Assembly: GCF_030814995.1 (NCBI RefSeq)
Contig: NZ_JAUSVX010000002.1
Location: forward strand, 637,785 to 701,784
Length of the DNA stretch: 64,000 nt
Direction: 5' to 3'
Source: Labrys wisconsinensis
Lineage (GTDB): Bacteria; Pseudomonadota; Alphaproteobacteria; Rhizobiales; Labraceae
Part shown: one piece after another, positions 61,723 through 64,000 of the stretch
Position numbering within the stretch: the stretch's first letter is position 1
How the letters are laid out: each line of letters starts with the position of its first letter
Program-made: the position numbers and the translations under genes
The notes under the pieces: generated by a model
The model's input: the letters and a program-made list of their open reading frames with translations, nothing else
Databases searched by the model: none
What the model was told of the DNA's origin: nothing

Positions 61723-64000
61723 TCGCGGGCGAGGCCGTTGGTGCGGCTGCAACCCACGAACCGGGACAGGTCCACACGCCGGTCGTGCCGACGGCGTCGG
61801 GACACCAGCCCTGGAGGGATTGAGCATAGGCGTCGGCGGTCATGGGCGAGATCTCGCGGGCTGGCCGCAAAGCCTGATCGCGCTGCTCCGCCGTCGCGAA
61901 CAGCGCAACAGGGCGGTACCAGCCCTGCCTGAGATAGACGCGCAGGCCGGCAGCCGCAAAGCCGGCAGCGCCGGCCTGGTCGACCAACGCCCGGGCGGCG
62001 GTTAGATCACGGCTGCCGCCCAGGACGATCGCGAAGCCGCCGTCGGGCACGGCCCCGCCGGTCGTTGCTGCGGAAGGCGCGTCATCGAGCGGCTGCACCG
62101 CGAGGACAGCCGATCGGGGATGGATCGGCAGCGACGAGAGCGGCAGGGCTGCGACGACACCGGCCCGGTCGAGATCGACGACACGCAGCCGACCGCCGCT
62201 GTCGGCTGCGGCGATGAAGCCGCCGTCCGGGGAGATCGCCATGCGATGGATCACGTCGCCGGCCCCGGGGAGGACGTAGTTGGCGCCGGTTTCCGTCGTC
62301 GGCACGACTCGGATGCCACCATCCGCTTCGGCCGCGACGACGAAGCTGCCGTCGGCGGCCAGCTCCGCCTGGGTGGCTTCGATCTCGGGATGAAAGGGCT
62401 CCAGCACGAATTGGCCGGCGTCCCCCGGTGACAGGCGCGAAAGATGCAGCCGCCCCGACGGTTCGCGCAGCAGCAGCGTCGAGCCGTCGGCCGAGAGGCG
62501 CAGCCCGTCCTCGGCCAGCGCCGGCATGAGCCCGGCCGCCTTGTCGTCCGCCCGCTCCGTCCAGGCGCTGAGGGTGCCGTCGGCATCACGCAGGGCGATG
62601 CGGCTGCCATCCCCGCTGACGGCGATCTCGGCGATCGCCGCCGCGCCGCCGGTGGCGACGGTCGCGATGGAACGGCCGGTGCCGGTGTCGAGCACCTCGA
62701 ACGCATTGCCTGTCGCCGGGCGCACCGCGCGGCTGCCGTCGCCGCTGAACCGCACGAAGCCGTTGGGCAGGCTCGGCGGCTTGTCGACGAGCGTGCGCAG
62801 GCTGCGGGCCGACAGCACCTTGAACCCGCCGTCGCCGAGGCGGGTCGGCGTGCCTGCGACCAGAATGCGCAGCCCGTCCGCGGAATAGACGAGGCGTTGC
62901 GCCCAGACGCCGCTGACCGAGGCGAGAGGGACGCCGGTCACTGCATCGAGGATCAGCAACGCGCCGTCGCTGGTCGCCACGGCCAGCATGGTGCCAGCCG
63001 GGCTGAGAGCGGCCGACGTGATCGGGGTTGCGAACACATGCGTCCGCCCGATCCGCTGCCGCGAGGCGACGTTGAAGACCTCGAGCTGATCGAGCCCGTC
63101 CCGCGTCGACCAGACGGCCGCGCGAGTGATGGTCGGATCGATGGTCACGCCGGTCCCGGGAGCGGAAAGGTCGACGCCGAAATCCAGCGTCTCCTCCTCC
63201 CGCGGCACCCAATCGGGGGAGAAGAGGATCCCCGTCGTGCGCGGCGGCGCCACGAGCAGAAGCCGCAGGGCATCGACACGGATGGCGGCAGCCCGCTCGT
63301 TGCCGTTCGCGGTGTCTCCGCCGGAGCCCGACGGCTGAGTGAGATCGATCGACGCCGCCGGCTGACCAGCCCCACCGAGCCTGTAGAGGATGTCGTTCCC
63401 GGCATCGTTGCGCAGCACGAGCTTGCTGCCGTCGTCGCTCATCGCCAGCAGCCGCGCCCATGGCGAGGCCGGTGCGGGCTCGTCGCGGGTCCAGGTCCGG
63501 CCCGGAACGATCACCGGCCGCCGGCTCAGAGTCCACGGATTGCCCTGCAGGAGCTTCCAGGTCAGCAGCGATCCGTCCGCTGCCGCCGTGGCGAAGTCGG
63601 CCGAGGCGAAGACATCTGGAGACGCGGCGACGGCGAGGGCGGCCACCGCCACATCGTGTCCGGCCGAGCGCGCAACGAACGGAGCGCCACTGCCGCCACC
63701 GACGGGCCGGGATGCATCGATGGCGAAGACCCCGCCGGCCCCGTCTCCCCCGACCACGGCGGATGTGCCCGGCAGCGCCGCCACGGCCCGGGCGTCGCGG
63801 ATGTCGGCGATCGGGCCGACCTCGCTCGCCTGCCCGCTCGGCGGAAGGCGCCACCGGACCAGAGCGACCCCATCCGGCGCCGGAGCCTTGCTCTGCTGTG
63901 CCTTCGGATCCGCCTCGGCCTGCGCCGATCGTCCGGCGACCAGGCTGAAGCCGGCGTCGGCCGTTGCGGCGAACAGGCCGCCATCGACCGGGATCGAGCC
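61715..64000 (-). CDS. Beta-propeller (WD40/TolB-like repeat) protein with C-terminal SPOR-like domain; N-terminus beyond the window end
   Basis: Repeated D-G-S/T blade motifs (SADGSTLLLREPSGRLHL, SPDGGFIAAADSGGRLRVVDL, SGDGSRIALRDADGTLSAW). C-terminal ...GLRVYLRQGWYRPVALFATAEQRDQALRP... resembles a SPOR peptidoglycan-binding domain. The frame stays open to nt 64000. Confidence 0.7.
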   Translation of the reverse strand, partial: GSIPVDGGLFAATADAGFSLVAGRSAQAEADPKAQQSKAPAPDGVALVRWRLPPSGQASEVGPIADIRDARAVAALPGTSAVVGGDGAGGVFAIDASRPVGGGSGAPFVARSAGHDVAVAALAVAASPDVFASADFATAAADGSLLTWKLLQGNPWTLSRRPVIVPGRTWTRDEPAPASPWARLLAMSDDGSKLVLRNDAGNDILYRLGGAGQPAASIDLTQPSGSGGDTANGNERAAAIRVDALRLLLVAPPRTTGILFSPDWVPREEETLDFGVDLSAPGTGVTIDPTITRAAVWSTRDGLDQLEVFNVASRQRIGRTHVFATPITSAALSPAGTMLAVATSDGALLILDAVTGVPLASVSGVWAQRLVYSADGLRILVAGTPTRLGDGGFKVLSARSLRTLVDKPPSLPNGFVRFSGDGSRAVRPATGNAFEVLDTGTGRSIATVATGGAAAIAEIAVSGDGSRIALRDADGTLSAWTERADDKAAGLMPALAEDGLRLSADGSTLLLREPSGRLHLSRLSPGDAGQFVLEPFHPEIEATQAELAADGSFVVAAEADGGIRVVPTTETGANYVLPGAGDVIHRMAISPDGGFIAAADSGGRLRVVDLDRAGVVAALPLSSLPIHPRSAVLAVQPLDDAPSAATTGGAVPDGGFAIVLGGSRDLTAARALVDQAGAAGFAAAGLRVYLRQGWYRPVALFATAEQRDQALRPAREISPMTADAYAQSLQGWCPDAVGTTGVWTCPGSWVAAAPTASPAKK

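Noticed and set aside
62586-63984. ORFs 62586..63854 (-) and 63562..63984 (-)
   Set aside because: Alternative frames of the beta-propeller gene. Arg/Pro-rich. The 61715..64000 frame shows repeated propeller-blade motifs and stays open to the window end.

Overview
High-GC (about 65-70%) alphaproteobacterial chromosome segment with Rhizobiales-type synteny: tig-clpP-clpX-lon, then a tRNA-Val/tRNA-Asp pair, then nuoA-N-birA-rnj, all on the minus strand. Every protein and tRNA family named below is recognised by eye from the translations; no database search or numerical computation was run. The respiratory complex I operon nuoABCDEFGHIJKLMN is complete, with four 4-nt ATGA start/stop overlaps (nuoC/D, nuoH/I, nuoL/M, birA/rnj). 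The window also holds the Clp/Lon protease block, glnB-glnA, a ribose-type sugar ABC transporter operon with gluconolactonase and a GntR regulator, and many metabolic genes. Five tRNA genes are supported (Asp-GTC, Val-TAC, Leu-TAG, Gln-CTG, plus two tandem degenerate tRNA-like elements). The most notable features are listed here. (1) The normally adjacent tRNA-Val and tRNA-Asp genes are separated by about 10.7 kb. An imperfect direct repeat of the tRNA-Val 3' half lies about 8 kb downstream of tRNA-Val, and the stretch between them reads as a lower-GC, integrase-less island remnant. It carries an exported Cys-rich 859-aa HEAT/PBS-lyase-repeat protein, an isochorismatase-family cysteine hydrolase and a DipZ-type transmembrane thiol-disulfide reductase as a putative three-gene unit, plus an SDR and a zinc ADH. 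(2) About 2.9 kb is inserted between clpX and lon, flanked by two tandem degenerate tRNA-like elements, and carries a TM-less SPFH protein and an SDR. (3) NuoL carries a His/Asp-rich ~45-aa insertion. (4) NuoE carries a long Ala/Pro-linker plus C-terminal extension. (5) A stand-alone HAL/PAL/TAL-family ammonia-lyase sits with an EthD-like protein and a PfkB kinase. (6) Two paralogous small secreted proteins each sit beside a tRNA gene. (7) Several palindromic elements lie inside the nuo operon. No CRISPR array, rRNA, integrase or transposase was found.
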